Source of the DNA: Eledone cirrhosa | Lineage: Eukaryota | Length of the DNA: 64,000 nt | Assembly: GCA_964016885.1 (NCBI GenBank) | Contig: OZ024750.1 | Span: 51,336,001-51,400,000 of the forward strand | Direction of reading: 5' to 3' | Shown here: piece by piece, positions 39,699 through 53,495 of the stretch | Layout of the letters: every line of letters begins with the position of its first letter | Numbering within the stretch: the first letter of the stretch is position 1 | Made by a program: the position numbers and the translations under genes | Notes under the pieces: generated by a model | What the model saw: the letters and a program-made list of their open reading frames with translations, nothing else | What the model was told of the DNA's origin: nothing | The model's database searches: none

Positions 39699-40203
39699 TG
39701 TGTGAATGTAGTGCATCTAAAGATATACGGTACATTTAATAAATAAATATTTTGAAAGACTCAGCTATGAATAGAAGGCTGACGGCCAACATCTTCTAGC
39801 GGAATCCAGCAGAAGCAAGGGGGATAATTGTCTGTGCATTTCGAACTTAAATGGTCTCTTCAGGACAACGATTCCTTCTACCTTCAGCCTGTGTAAATGG
39901 GATGATTAACCTCATTTGCATACGAAGCTGTATAAGTTGGCTCAACTTATAGTAGAATTAGAATTTAGTTTCGACATAGCTGTATACATATATGTGCGAG
40001 GATTTTATACATCTAAAGATATACGGTATCTTTAATAAATAAACATTTTGAAAGCCTCATCTAAGAATAGAAGGCATATTTAGCTGTACGTCAGCCTTCT
40101 ATTCCTATCTGAGGCTTCCCAAATATTTACTTACTAAGCCTACCGTTTATCTTTAGATGGACGAAATTCACACACATGTATGTATACAACTATATAGGAG
40201 CTA

Positions 40204-40205
<2 letters not shown>
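39699..40205 (-). mobile_element. ORF-less ~296-nt unit in partial tandem plus an inverted arm; HHR at 39828-39868
   Basis: catctaaagatatacggta at 39714 and 40010, with an inverted copy at 40088-40205. Reverse complement: ttgtc CTGAAGA gaccatttaagttc GAA ATGCAC A gacaa (U16.1C). Confidence 0.7.
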
Positions 40206-40234
<29 letters not shown>

Positions 40235-40240
40235 ATTATT

Positions 40241-40902
40241 ATATCTACCAACATATGTATACAGATGTATACCCATGCTAGCAAATATATATGTTATGTC
40301 TTAGTACCTTTGTGGTTCTATGCAGGGGGATGCAGAACAATTATATGAAAGACGTAAAATAAGAAAATTTTAAAAATTAAAAATTAACTTACTTACTAAA
40401 ATTTTCACTCCAACTAATTAGTTTCTTTAAGGGAATAAATATAGTTACGTAATGTAACTATAGAGAAGTCCTTACGTCATCAGGGAGTCTATTCTCAGCT
40501 AAGTTCCCAGGCAATGCGCGGACACTAGGAACCCATATACAAATAATAATTCAGTGGATGGAATAAAGCTAGCGGGGATTAAATTCCAGGGCACTGAAAA
40601 AATTCACTGCCTACTTGGTCAGTGGCAAATTCTAAAGAATCAATCACGTGACACTGAGATTAATCAGTGAGGAGTGGGGTGGTATTATGACAAGAGCCTA
40701 ACTACTACCATGAACCATAGCAGTAAATTTTGGCAGGTTTTGCTCAACAAATAATTTGGAGATAAATATAGAGGATTAGTATATCTACCAACATATGTAT
40801 ACCTATGTATACCCATGCTAGCAAATATATATGTTATGTCTTAGTACATTTGTGGTTCTATGCAGGGGGATGCAGAACAATTATATGAAAGACGTAAAAT
40901 AA
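40241..40902 (-). mobile_element. ORF-less 540-nt unit, ~1.2 tandem copies; HHR at 40408-40487
   Basis: 40241-40362 is repeated at 40781-40902. Reverse complement: ctcc CTGATGA ...tatagttac/gtaactata hairpin... GAA ACTAATTAGT T^ ggag. Confidence 0.75.
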
Positions 40903-41061
40903 AATGTTTCGGCGAAACAATTGTAACACGCAATAAACTGAGTCCAGATGCATCACTGATTTTTCGTTTTTTTATACTATTCACACTCTGCTCTGTATGA
41001 ATATTGAGTGCTAATTTTGGCATACCGCCTATGGAAGCACTATAGCACCCATTATACACAC

Positions 41062-41127
<66 letters not shown>

Positions 41128-41199
41128 ATTCCTCTTTGATTGAGAAAGACGTCACTCAATACAAGAACTGCTTCATGTTGTATTTTCTTTTCGCTACTC

Positions 41200-42223
41200 C
41201 AGTTTCATACAATTGCGATCTGCAGCAAAACGAAAAAACAGACAGAATAATTTGATATCACAATGGGATCTAACGACTCAGCGCAAATAACGGACTTGGT
41301 GGGAATATATATAGCGCACAACTTACATAAGGAATTCAATAACCTCCAAGGAGGAATTTACAGAGACGATACACTCCTTCTACCCAAAAACTTAAATAAT
41401 CAGAACATGGAAACATAAAGAAAAAACATCAGAGTATTCTTAAAAACTAAGCCTAGGTATCACTTTCGAACTTAACTCTAAAAAAGCAAATTTCTTAGAT
41501 GTAACTCTCAACCTAAACACAGGATTAAGAGATCCCTTCCATAAGAATAACGAAAATCTAGCATACATTAGTTATAACTCAAACCACCCCCGATCTATAA
41601 TTAACTCCATAGCACATAGTATATCCCTCAGAATAACCCGTCTATCTTCGATCCTAGAAATGTTTAATGAACACGCAAACTATTATAACATAGCTTTACA
41701 TAAGGCTGGACATAAAGAGAAACTGGAATACATACTAGATAGAGACAACAATAACAAACCTAACAACAGCAACACTGCCCGCTCATATAGAAATAAAAAG
41801 CATAGGACTAAACATACAGTTAGACAACGAACACCAAAAATGACCGAACAAAACACTAATATAAGTACCCCCCAAAACTATAGAAGATCCAGAGATAGAA
41901 AGTACCTATGGTTCAATCCAATATTCAACTCCCCTATAAAAACTAAACTACCTTCTACATTCTTTAAACTAATAGATAAGCACTTCCCTGCACTACACAA
42001 ATACCATAAAATCTCCAATAGAAAAACTATAAAACTTTCCCACTCTACTGTAGCCAACATAGAATCGCTCATACCTAAGATCAACCACAAAAATATCTCT
42101 AAAGAAATTAACCTACCAACATACACCAAAGCACCAAATACAAAACACAAACACATAACAACATCACAACCACAAACAAATCGGAACACATCACAACAAA
42201 ACATTAATAGGCCTAAATCATAA
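41200..42223 (+). pseudogene. PLE reverse transcriptase fragment (WFNP-motif type), frameshifted
   Basis: Translates to FDITMGSNDSAQITDLVGIY, GGIYRDDTL, FLDVTLNL, SNHP and WFNPIF...KHFP...KLSHS. Confidence 0.88.
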
Positions 42224-45065
42224 CCCACCCACATTAGGGGGTTTGAGGGCGAGGTAAGACCTACGCAATCGATGTTTGCATGCAGTTACAAGTTCGTCTT
42301 TTTTGTTGAGGAGTTGGTCCTTCGTAAACAGCATTTGTAATGTTTCCTCCGAGCATAAGTTACACGGACGGCGTCCCCCCGTGTAGGGGTTAGCCCTGGT
42401 CAGTAAGCTAGAAGTAAGATTGTATGATATGTTATTGTCTTGGAGGTCTCAGATGTGGCCCGAAAGAGTATTGGCATGGCGCCGGGCCGGGTTTCGGAAC
42501 GTATGTCGGTGTTGGTAGAGCCGGGTCTTAAAGTCACAAGCGGTTAATCCTACATAGGCTTTGTTGGAGGTGCTCGTCCTCACGTTGCATTGGTAGATCA
42601 CGTTACGTTCTCGGCATGTGTTGTTGAGGGGGCGCGTAGATCTATCAAGGCAGTTACACCTCCTGTTCGGCTCTTCACTAATGTCTAGGTTGTTTCTTCC
42701 ATAGGGGTTGAGTTTTTTGTTGTTTGAGGAGGCGATGTTTTGTACAAAGTTGGGTGTGGTGCTATAGGAGAGTTTGATAGTGTTTTTGTTGATTATGTTG
42801 TGGTAGCGGTGTTGTGGTGGGAAGTGTTTTTCGAGGAGCCTAAAGAAGATTTTCCCGATAGGTGTTGCCACCTCGGCCTTGTGGGGTGGGTTGAACCACG
42901 TTAGGTCGCGTGAGTGGCGGCGTCGCCTGCTGGTTCCGCTAAGGGAAGCTGGGTAAAAGGACATTTCCTCTCGGAAGCCACTTCGCTTGGGGGCCTGGTT
43001 GTAATGAGGCTCATGTTCATGGAATATCTGCTCATTAACGGACAAACGAGATATGCGTAGGGAAATGTTTTAACCAGGTTATTGGTGATGTTTCTAGTAT
43101 GGTTAGAGCGGCGATGGATGTAGTGCGGATTGTCGTTGGTTTCCCGTATGGGTAGTACAGATCATTTTCGAGGTTGAGGGTAACGTCCAGGAAATTGACT
43201 CGGGTTAGGGACCTTTGGAGGGTGATTTTAAAACGCCAGTCACGGTAGAATTTGATTAGTTGTTTACGGCCCCGGTCTATACTACTGGGGTTGTACCCTT
43301 TGAGTGTAAGGAGCCCATCGTCTCGCTACAATCCACCGCCGAATGCAGGAAACATTTCCGTGAGTTTATATAGTAGGTATAACCCTATAAGATCGGTCAC
43401 TTCGGCCAAGTCGGTCGCGCCCATACTGACGTCGAAGGGGAGTGTCGGGAACTCTCTTTATCCACTTGGAGTTGTCGAAAAGGAGGAGTCTTCCTGACGT
43501 GGAGAATGATATTTCTTTTCCGGTCGGTGATGGGTGTGAGTGTTTTGGCAAAGTCCAAGCCTCCAACTCGGGGACACCGAGCGCACCGAACCCCTCGAAC
43601 CACGGACTCCCTACTTCACACTGAAGGACCACAAATCCGACTTCGACCGCAAACCATCCACCAGGCTTATAAACCCGACGAAGTCGGACATAGAGAAAAT
43701 TAGTAAAAATATCCTAGACCGCGTTATACCAGAACTTAAGCAAAACGCGAGACTTAGCTTAAGGGACAACACACAGGAAGTAATCTCATGGTTCAGGAAT
43801 ATTGAGGATAAACAGGACACCAAATTCATCCAGTTTGACATAGAGAGTTACTATGCATCTATTATTTTACTGCTCCTTACGGCCGCTTTGGACTTTGCCA
43901 AAAGACTCACACGCATCACCGACCGGGACAGAAATATCATTCTCCACGCCAGGAAGACAGACCTTCTTTTCGACAACTCCAAGTGGATGAAGAGAGTTCC
44001 TGACTCCCCCTTCGACGTCAGTTTGGGCGCGAACGACTTGGCCAAGGTGACCGATCTTATAGGATTATATAAACTACTATATAACCTCACCGAAATGTTT
44101 CCTGCAATTTCCTGGACGTTACCCTCAACCTCAAAAATGATCTGTACTACCCATACGGGAAACCAAAAGACAATCAGCACTACATCCACCGCCGCTCTAA
44201 CCATACTAGTAACATCACCAATAACCTGGTTTAAAATATTTCCCTACGCATATCTCGTTTGTCCGCTAATGAGCATATATTCCATGAACATGTGCCTCAT
44301 TACAACCAGGCCATCAAGCGAAGCGACTTCCGGGAGGAAATCTACTTTTATCCTGCTTCCCTTAGCGGAAACAGTGGCTCATGCCATGTAAAGTGGTTCA
44401 ACCCTCCCCACAATGTCGAGGTGGCAACACCTATCGGGAAAATCTTCTTTAGGCTCCCCAAAAAACACTTCCCACCACAACACCGCTACCATAACATAAT
44501 CAACAAAAACACTATCAAACTCTCCTACAGCACCACACCCAACTTCGTACAAAACATCGCCGCCTCAAACAACAAAGAAACGCAACCCCAATGGAAGAAA
44601 CAACCTAGACATTAGTGAAGAGCCGAACAGGAGGTGTAACTGCCTTGATAGATCTACGCGCCCCCTCAACAACACATGCCGAGAACGTAACGTGATCTAC
44701 CAATGCAACGTGAGGACGGGCACCTCCAACAAAGCCTATGTAGGATTAACCGCTTGTGACTTTAAGACCCGGCTCTACCAACACCGACATACGTTCCGAA
44801 AACCCGGCCCGGCGACATGCCACTACACTTTCGGGCCACATCTGGGACCTCCAAGATAACATACAATCTTAGTTGGAACTTACTGACCAGGGCTAACCCC
44901 TAGATGCGAGGACGCAGTCCGTGTAACTTATGCCGGAGGAAACATTACAAATGCTGTTTACGAAGGACCAATTCCTAAACAAAAAAGACGAACTTGTAAC
45001 TGCATGCAAACACAGATTGACTAGGACTTACCTCGCCTCAAACCCCCCAATGACCCGGGTGGGTA
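42222..45065 (+). mobile_element. PLE (WFNPP type) as a ~2.8-kb inverted duplication; RT and GIY-YIG pseudogene in both arms
   Basis: Plus arm 43580-45020 encodes TLKDHK..RLINP, FIQFDIESYY, WFNPP, CNC and NVIYQC..YVGLT. Minus arm 42222-43560 mirrors ~43870-45065. Confidence 0.92.
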
Positions 45066-45689
45066 GATAATGGCTGCAACATCCTACTTTTCCCACCCTG
45101 CCGAACAAGATAGGGGAAACCCCAGCTAACATAAGTAGATGTACCTCTTTTCTTTTCCTTTCTATTTTCTTCTTCCCTTTATCTGTTCCTATGACTTACT
45201 TCCACTCCATATCCTCTTCCTTTGCCTTTTCCCCCTTTCGCCTACCCGAAGCAGCCCATCGGGCTTTCGTAGCCTCAGTACCCCCACCCTAGTAAATTAT
45301 AGATAGTATTGGCCGAAAACGCAATAGCAACTAAATATAGCAGCTGTTTCAGACTCTAGAGATTTTTTTATCACTACTTACTATCCAATTTTATATTTTT
45401 ATATATATTTATTTATTATCTTCTAATCTCAATTGATTTACCTATTCTATAACGCCCCTTCTCTATTTTCTCCAGAATCTTTTTCGCCTGCTTCCTCTGG
45501 CCTAGTTTCATACACAATCCTTAGAAATTGCTGTATAGAATTCACTTTCAACGCTTGACCGGCTCCGCCCACTCCCGCATTGTTCTACAGGCAAGTTCAG
45601 CCACCCCTCCACCCACTTCCATGATAGACTTAATTGTGTTTACAAGAAATGTTGACCAATCCTCTTGACAACTACAATCTTCCCATATA

Positions 45690-45885
45690 AGGAATTACCC
45701 CTTTGAAAAGTTCGGCTATTTATTTACCACGCTAAAAATTCAAATTTAGTCCAGAAATAGCCGTCGAACCGGCTTGTGATCTTCCGTCGTAGTCAAACAT
45801 TTTCCTATTACCCACTCTACTACCCTAAGTATTGAGTACTCTGGTGAGTTTTGGTCCATCTGGTTCCTTACCACACTTCCTTTGT
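45690..45885 (+). mobile_element. Family A linear copy with TTGAAAA-core HHR remnant at 45699-45778
   Basis: Homologous to 31988-32181. Ends at (TA)n. Confidence 0.8.
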
Positions 45886-46740
45886 TATATATCTATATAT
45901 ATAAATATATATATACGAGCAAATGAGGTTTATTTTCCATAAAAGTCCCAGGAAATTAACAATGAAGTTATAAAAGTTTAAATTAATGCATGCAAGATTT
46001 CACAGCTGTTGCATCAATGCTTCATAGTAAGCATACGAACGTTTCAGCAGTCCCGCATATATATATATGGAAATAATAAACAAAAATAGGAAATAATAGG
46101 CAAAAATATGTCTAGTTTTTATTCAACGTCCCGACAGCAGTTTAGCCAATTGTCTTACAGGCAATGCTGCAGTAAAAAAGTGCAACATCGCTGTAAGGTT
46201 ATAAGGCTTATCAAGAGACTCCTCAATTTAGTCGACTGTTTCTTGACTCGAACGTTATAAGTGAATATTTCTAGGGTGGGATAAATTATCACGTGATACA
46301 GCGGTCACAGAAGAGAGGTGACAGCAGGACATTTAGTGAGTACCATATTTGCTAGAAAAAGTAGTTAGCACGCACCTATTTAAATCTACCAATAGGGAGT
46401 TTGGGACAATATAATAATGAGATACACACATAAATACATAGGTATATGTGTGTGTGGTGTCCACGTCGGCCTGTTTTGCTCAATGACCGAAAGAGTTAAA
46501 CTAATCAAAAGAATTTAACTAATCAATTAATCAGAGCTATTCATCAAATCATAAATGCCAGGAAATAATAGACAGAAATATACCTATTTTTTCTTCAAAG
46601 TCGTCCAGACTGACCACACACCCTTACCTATGCCCCGGTGTGTGTATCTCATTACTATATATATATATATGTGTGTGTGTGTGTATGTGTGTGTATGTTT
46701 ATATATATATATATATGTGTGTGTGTGTATATATATATAT

Positions 46741-47725
46741 GGTAAATTTCTTTAAGTCGTTTGGAAGCCTCGACAATGCAAATGGGTAAATCTCCGGGTA
46801 ACAAGATCCGGTGGTGGAGAGAGAGATGTAAGTGGGTGTACGTTGAGATGCGTGGCGTGTATAAGACGTGTACAGGAATGAAGGAAAGAGCATAAAGGAT
46901 AAAATAAAAATAACAACACGAGAGAGAGTTACCTTGGGGGAGATTTAATTGTCCCTATATATTTCGGATTCACATCCATCAATGGGTTTTTTTTCCGGGG
47001 TGGGGGAAAGGTTGTCTGTCGGAAAGGTGCGAAAGGTGCGAAACGCGTCCTCCGCTGTTTGTTGTTTTGAATATTCCTTAAAATGCCACACCTGGGCGAG
47101 AATACCACCAACGCTATCCGCAAGGCTATACGGAGGGAGGGCCTCGACATCCACCTGGCCCACTCGGGCTCCTCCTTACGAAGATGCCTCTCCAGGAAAC
47201 CCGTGAAATCAACTGACGCGTGCTCCCTCAGAGACTGCCCGATGCGCCATGCGAACTGTTGCCTACGCACATACGTCGTGTATAAGATAGAATGTAACAA
47301 GTGCAACCAATACTATATAGGTAGCACAATCCGACCTTTGCACATCCGGATCAAAGAACACACTAAAACCAGGGCCTCGTCTTTCCGGAAACACATAGAC
47401 AAATGCGGAAACAAAGACGGAAGGCCCATTGTCACAATTCTAGCAACTGAAAGAAACGTCGGCACGTTACGTATCAAGGAAGCACTTTGCATCAAACGCC
47501 TAGCGCCACAAATAAACAATCGATCCGAGAGAAGCGAAATGAGGTGGTTGGTATAAGTTAACAAACGATGAAGCAACACACGCACACACACGCACACAAT
47601 CGAGACAACAACACACACACACACACACACACACAGTAGCATTCCACCATACTACACTGCCAATACAGAGGAACAAGGCAACAACACACGCACACACACA
47701 CAGTCAAGCGAGACAACAACACAGG

Positions 47726-47757
<32 letters not shown>

Positions 47758-48257
47758 CATTCAACAAACAGGCAGAGAATGGACTGACAGCTAGCGCCAC
47801 CCCACTCCCACAATTGAAAGAACTACTTCGGCCGCTGACCTCTGCCCGACCGACCCCATTTCACTCGCACGCGCGCTCTGCTGAATACCTCAGATATTCA
47901 AAACAACGAACAGCGGAGGACGCGTTTCGCACCTTTCCGACAGTCAACCTTTCCCTCACCCCGGAAAAAACCCCGAGTTGATGGATGCGAATCCGAAATA
48001 TATAGGGACAATTAAATCTCTCCCAAGGTAACTCTCCCTCGTGTTGTGATTTTTATTTTATCCTTTATGCTCTTTCCTTCATTCCTCTACACGTCTTATA
48101 CACGCCACGCATCTCAAAGTACACCCACTTACATCTCTCTCTCCACCACCGGATCTTGTTACCCGGAGATTTACCCATTTGCATTGTCGAGGTTTCCAAA
48201 CGCCTTAAAGAAATTTACCTTATTATTCCACAATGCTTCAAGCAAACTTCAATACTG

Positions 48258-48259
<2 letters not shown>
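46741..48259 (+). mobile_element. 5'-truncated PLE, family G, with inverted pLTRs
   Basis: ORF 47083-47556 encodes C.L..C...CLRTYVVYKIECNKCNQYYIGSTIRPLHIRIKEH...EALCI...QINNR (GIY-YIG). 46741-47075 mirrors 47893-48219. Only the 3' half of an HHR is recognisable (ggat gcga atcc GAA ATATAT A ggga). Confidence 0.92.
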
Positions 48260-48329
<70 letters not shown>

Positions 48330-48335
<6 letters not shown>

Positions 48336-48406
48336 AAGTATGTATGTATACGTACATACATATATGTATACGTACATACATATATGTATACAGACGTACA
48401 GTAGCA

Positions 48407-48466
<60 letters not shown>

Positions 48467-48840
48467 CAGGTACACATACATATATGTACGTATCAGTTTA
48501 GCGGACGCTTATTATAGCGCCCGCTTTGTTCGTTTGTAAACAAACTGAACAGCCTGAATTTATGCCGTACGGTGTTAAGGCAACCACGTCACCTTTTTGT
48601 TCAACACTGACACAGGAACGATGTACTAGTTTCAAGCTTGTTAGCTATCATCAGCACCGTATACCCTTCTGCCAGATGGTTGAACGTTCGAAAGTATATA
48701 CTTTCCTTATGAAAATTAACGGCTGTATACATATATGTATGTACGTCTGTATACATATATGTATGTACGTATACATACATACTTACATTTAAGTAAGTGC
48801 CGTACTAAGAGTGAGAAATGAAATTTCGTTTTCATTTTAT
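48330..48840 (-). mobile_element. Family F copy with inverted terminal arm; HHR at 48619-48659
   Basis: Reverse complement: cggtg CTGATGA t agct aaca agct t GAA ACTAGT A^ catcg. Plus-strand F terminus at 48727-48840. Confidence 0.85.
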
Positions 48841-48845
48841 TACAA

Positions 48846-49214
<369 letters not shown>

Positions 49215-49439
49215 ATATATATTATATATATATATATATATATACGGTAAATATGCTGACTAGACGGGGTTGACCATGTAACGCACCAATCAGAAAATAA
49301 TAATGCAATTTGATTCAAGCACTCGCCGTCATGTTCTTTCTTCTAAATATGATGATTTTTAAGTCAGTGACAGAGTATATATGGAATAAAGAAAATGTTA
49401 AGTTTGGTGTAGATGTTAAAGAGTCCTTTCTTAACAAAG

Positions 49440-49516
49440 CTGTGACATATTTCAATGACGATCGTGACTACATCATTGTTCAATCAGGTAACCGGTCACG
49501 CGATCTCATCAGACAG
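49440..49516 (-). ncRNA. Candidate hammerhead with branched stem II
   Basis: Reverse complement: ctgt CTGATGA gatcgcgtgac...gtcacgatc gtcatt GAA ATATGT C^ acag. (TA)n ~195 nt downstream. Confidence 0.6.
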
Positions 49517-50019
49517 TATCATTATGTAATATGTTTTCGTGTCCGAGGCAATCCAGTCTAAAGAGAAAGGAACGGACAAAAATAATGTTTTCATAGCCGA
49601 TGTCCGCTCCCTTGAGAACTTTAATTCCACTCCACAGCTTTGTGCAGGCGTAGAGTTGATGGACTGGCTAACCAACTGTCTACCACCCAATTCCATGCCA
49701 GAACCTAGGGCCACATAGACGATCTATTTCCATACCAATCCTCCCTCACCACAGTCGGTGAGATGCTACTGTCACAGAGCTCAATTCAGCCAACATCTTT
49801 TAGATTACTGTTACTCTAGCTTCCGGCAGGCGCCCGCACCAATATCATCGCCCCACCTACTACCACTATTTTATGGCGGGATAACTCATGCCAACATGTA
49901 TCTCATGGCAATATATATCACAACTTTGTTAATAAACGGCTCTTTAACATCTACATCGAATTTCGCATTCAGCATATTTTTTATGTTTCAATAAATAATT
50001 TAGCTGGTAATCTATGTGT

Positions 50020-50920
50020 ATCATTGATTGACCAATAGTTTAAAATATAAGTATAATTATAGTTTCTCAAAGTTCTTTCGTCACACATATGTGTGACATC
50101 TTCTGTGATTATCATGTTCCCATGTTTCTCCCGTTGTGTTCGTTCCGATATTGTTTTTTTATTTTATTTTTTGTTTGTTTTTTTGTCTCTGTTTGCGCAT
50201 GCGTTTATATACGTATATTCTGTTTGGTGTGTGCCCGTGTGTTCGTGTCTGAGTATGTGTGTGTTTATGTGTTTATATTATACCGTGGGTCACTAGTGTG
50301 TGTTTGTGTGTGGATGTTGTTATTGCATTTGTGTATATTTATATTCTATTTTAAATCACGAATGTGTGTATGTGTATGGTTGTTGTTATTCTATTCAATT
50401 TATCTATTGAGCCTAGACTTTCTTAATTCTGTTTCAGTAGCCTCGCTAACTGTATAATTGCGGAATCATTCCTATGTTTAGATATTAATTTAATTTATAT
50501 GTTATACATTATTATGTCGTGTTCATGCAGTACTGAAGTCCTTTTAGTTGACTCCAGTGTTCATCTATTTCCACTCATATGCTTGGGGCTGTCTCACCTA
50601 TGTATGTCATCGTTATGTTTCTGCAGGCACCCTCTGTACATTTTATATATAGATTACATTTCTAGTTTTACAGTTTATTTGTGAACTTACACTACATATT
50701 ATACATTTCTTGTGTACAGTGGGTTTTCTTAAAGGGGTAACTTTTACTGATCAGGGATTTATGGTAATTCCTGGTTTTTCTACCACAATATTTTAATAGA
50801 TTTTTTTTTTAGTGCCTCTCTAAACTGATTAACAAGTTCACCTCCAGGCGTTGCATCCACGAACATGAGACTTTGGTATCTATGTCTGTCGTTCCATGAG
50901 TTGGCTTTCCCTATCTTTTG
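50020..50920 (-). pseudogene. Decayed family C PLE (linker, endonuclease, 3' UTR); HHR remnant at 50067-50108
   Basis: GKANSWNDRHRYQSLMFVDATPGGEL matches the 6497 ORF. Reverse complement: tca CAGAAGA t gtcacac atat gtgtgac GAA AGAACT T tga. Confidence 0.85.
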
Positions 50921-51112
50921 CTTAGATTGAAGGAAAATGTGTGACGCTTCCGTCTCCAAGAATCGAACTATGCAGGGGGTGTATTACGGACAACCGCTCA
51001 GAAACAATTAAAACAATGCCTGAAATATTTTAACATGAAATTTAACGTATATAAATGCGTTAGCGAATTAAATTGCAGCATTGTTCGTATTGTCATATCG
51101 CGTGACGATCAA

Positions 51113-51330
51113 GAGCGGTGGATTAGCAGTATCGGAAGAGCATCGGACAACATGCTTTGTGGCATATAGTTACAGCCCTTTACGTTGTGAGTTGAAATCC
51201 CGACGATGTTAGCTTTGCCTTTCATTAATACGGGGTCGTTAAAATAAAATACCAGTCATGTACTGGGGTCGATTTAATCGATTTTCCCTTCCCCCAAAAT
51301 TGCTGGCCTTGTGCCTATATAAGAAACCAT
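51113..51330 (+). mobile_element. tRNA-type SINE
   Basis: Homologous to the 30341 family. Confidence 0.85.
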
Positions 51331-51443
51331 TATTACATGATGATCAACAGAGCAGAAACCATCTAATGAACAACGCTAATGTTATCAACACACCTCAGTC
51401 TAGTACCGAGTATCTATGTTATCTGAGATAATCCCAAATTAAA

Positions 51444-52394
51444 TCTATATATATAAAACTGTGGTTGTCTGTCTGTCTATCGATTTTTGGCACACATCTC
51501 CTCTTAGAATCTCTCACGGAATTGCACCGAAATTGCTATACTTGTACATTGAGCCCTAGCGAAGACATCGGAAAAAAAAAATTTCAAATTGACCCACCCT
51601 ATGTGACGAAATCGAATATAATGTATCGATTTTTGAGCGTAAGTGATCAGTTATTTCCCTTTGTTCTGTTTACATTGAGCGTCTTACGTAAAAAATTACG
51701 CTGGCTTTAACAGTTGTCGAGCCAGCAAAATATTGACCTGCAAAATTCATCAGTTCGAACACTAAGCTTCCGTTTTGCTTCATTTCCATTTAAAAGCATT
51801 TTAAAACAATATTTTTACTTGAAAACAAGTCTATTTAAAGACTACGTAAAACAAGCAAATATTTCGTCATTAGGCGTGCAGACAGACAGTTGTGCAGACA
51901 GACAGTCGTGCAGAGAGGTGATATACGCGTGCAGACAAACAGTCGTGCAGAGAGGTGATATAGGCGTGCAGACAGACAGTCGTGCAGAGAGGTGATATAG
52001 GCGTGCAGACAGACAGTCGTGCAGAGAGGTGATATAGGCGTGCAGACAGACAGTCGTGCAGAGAGGTGATATAGGCGTGCAGACAGACATAACTGATAAT
52101 TTGGTTACGCTAATGTTTTTCTCTGCGTTGCAGTGTTTACATTTTCGATCTTTGTTAATAAATAACCAGTGCAGTTTCTATCCCCAGCATCCTCTTTTGT
52201 TATAACATTCGGGTTATCGTTATGTTTTCTTAACTTCATAAGGCATATTGTTGGTTGAGGGAATATTAATCAAAAACACCACATGCAAGTCTGCACAGTA
52301 GACACTACAGTTTTTAAGCCAAGAAAGAAACTTAACATTGTAACTTTAACACAGCTACTGGGCGACCCCGAGCAACGCCGGGCTTTACTGCTAG
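51444..52394 (+). mobile_element. Non-autonomous Helitron-like element
   Basis: A|TC 5' end. 3' hairpin cccgagcaacgccggg followed by CTAG|T. No TSD. Confidence 0.8.
51871..52088. repeat. 37-bp minisatellite inside the Helitron-like element
   Basis: Unit taggcgtgcagacagacagtcgtgcagagaggtgata, with starts at 51961, 51998 and onward. Confidence 0.92.
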
Positions 52395-52528
52395 TATATA
52401 ATATAATGGTTATGATTTCTATGATAAACTTCAACGTAAATGATAGATATATGTAATTCAAGCTAAATGTGATTGAAAAGATGTGACAGTACTGCTTGTA
52501 GAAGTCGAATCAAGCACCTGTTGTACGC

Positions 52529-52660
<132 letters not shown>

Positions 52661-53495
52661 CGTGCGGATTGATGTTTTTCTCCTTTCTTAGAATGAAGAT
52701 AATTCTTTTCAAACGATTTATTTTACTTTGCAAAATTCGAAGAAGAACAAATTTTAAAAACAAACAATATTTTAAATTCATTTTGTATTTTTATTCAGTT
52801 ATTGTTTTAATATTCCAAATTCTAAAGGTATTTCCACCTGTTAGGTTTCGCTCAGTACAATTCAGAAATTCAAACTTAAGAATTGTTATATTTGTGGAGA
52901 TAAGATGAAAGTATTTTTCAGTTCAAAAGATATTATTTGTCGAAACATTAAGACTATAGAAATAGAAATCTAACTAGTTTAGTTCTTTCAATACCAACCT
53001 ACCCGAAAGACACCGCTGCCCTTATGGAACGAAGCCACCTATTTTAAATGATTTTCACATAAAATTAAAATCTTCTAACATAATTTCATTTAAGAACCAT
53101 TTGTTATGTTAGAAATACTATCCTAATAATTGAAAATTTAGTGAATCTTTCGAAATGCTTTAGTAATTAATTCGAAAGCAGTGTATTTCATAAGAATGAA
53201 AGGGTTAGATTATGAAGAATGTATACTCATTTACGTTCTTATTCGTCTTCTTGCTCCAATACAAGACATGTGTTCAGTATATAGCCTTCTCTCGCGTGTG
53301 GCTTAATGGTTAGAGTATTCGGCTCGGGATCGTCAAGTAGTGAGTTCAATTACTGGCGATACCTTCAGTCCTGGAGGAGACAGATTTAACCCATTTTGTT
53401 AACATAATTTTAATGTAATTAACTGCCTTTAGTTGAAAATACTTTAGGCAATATAACTAACTTTCTCATTATTAAGCTGTTGTTTTTAACATAGA

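Noticed and set aside
45240-45330. Additional HHR-like strings at ~45240, ~11245, ~22297, ~39360, ~40905 and ~46120
   Set aside because: They have too many core mismatches or missing stems to call by eye.
49310-49714. Short non-repetitive ORFs on both strands
   Set aside because: They show no recognisable motifs, and the region is better explained as the 3' part of an HHR-bearing element.
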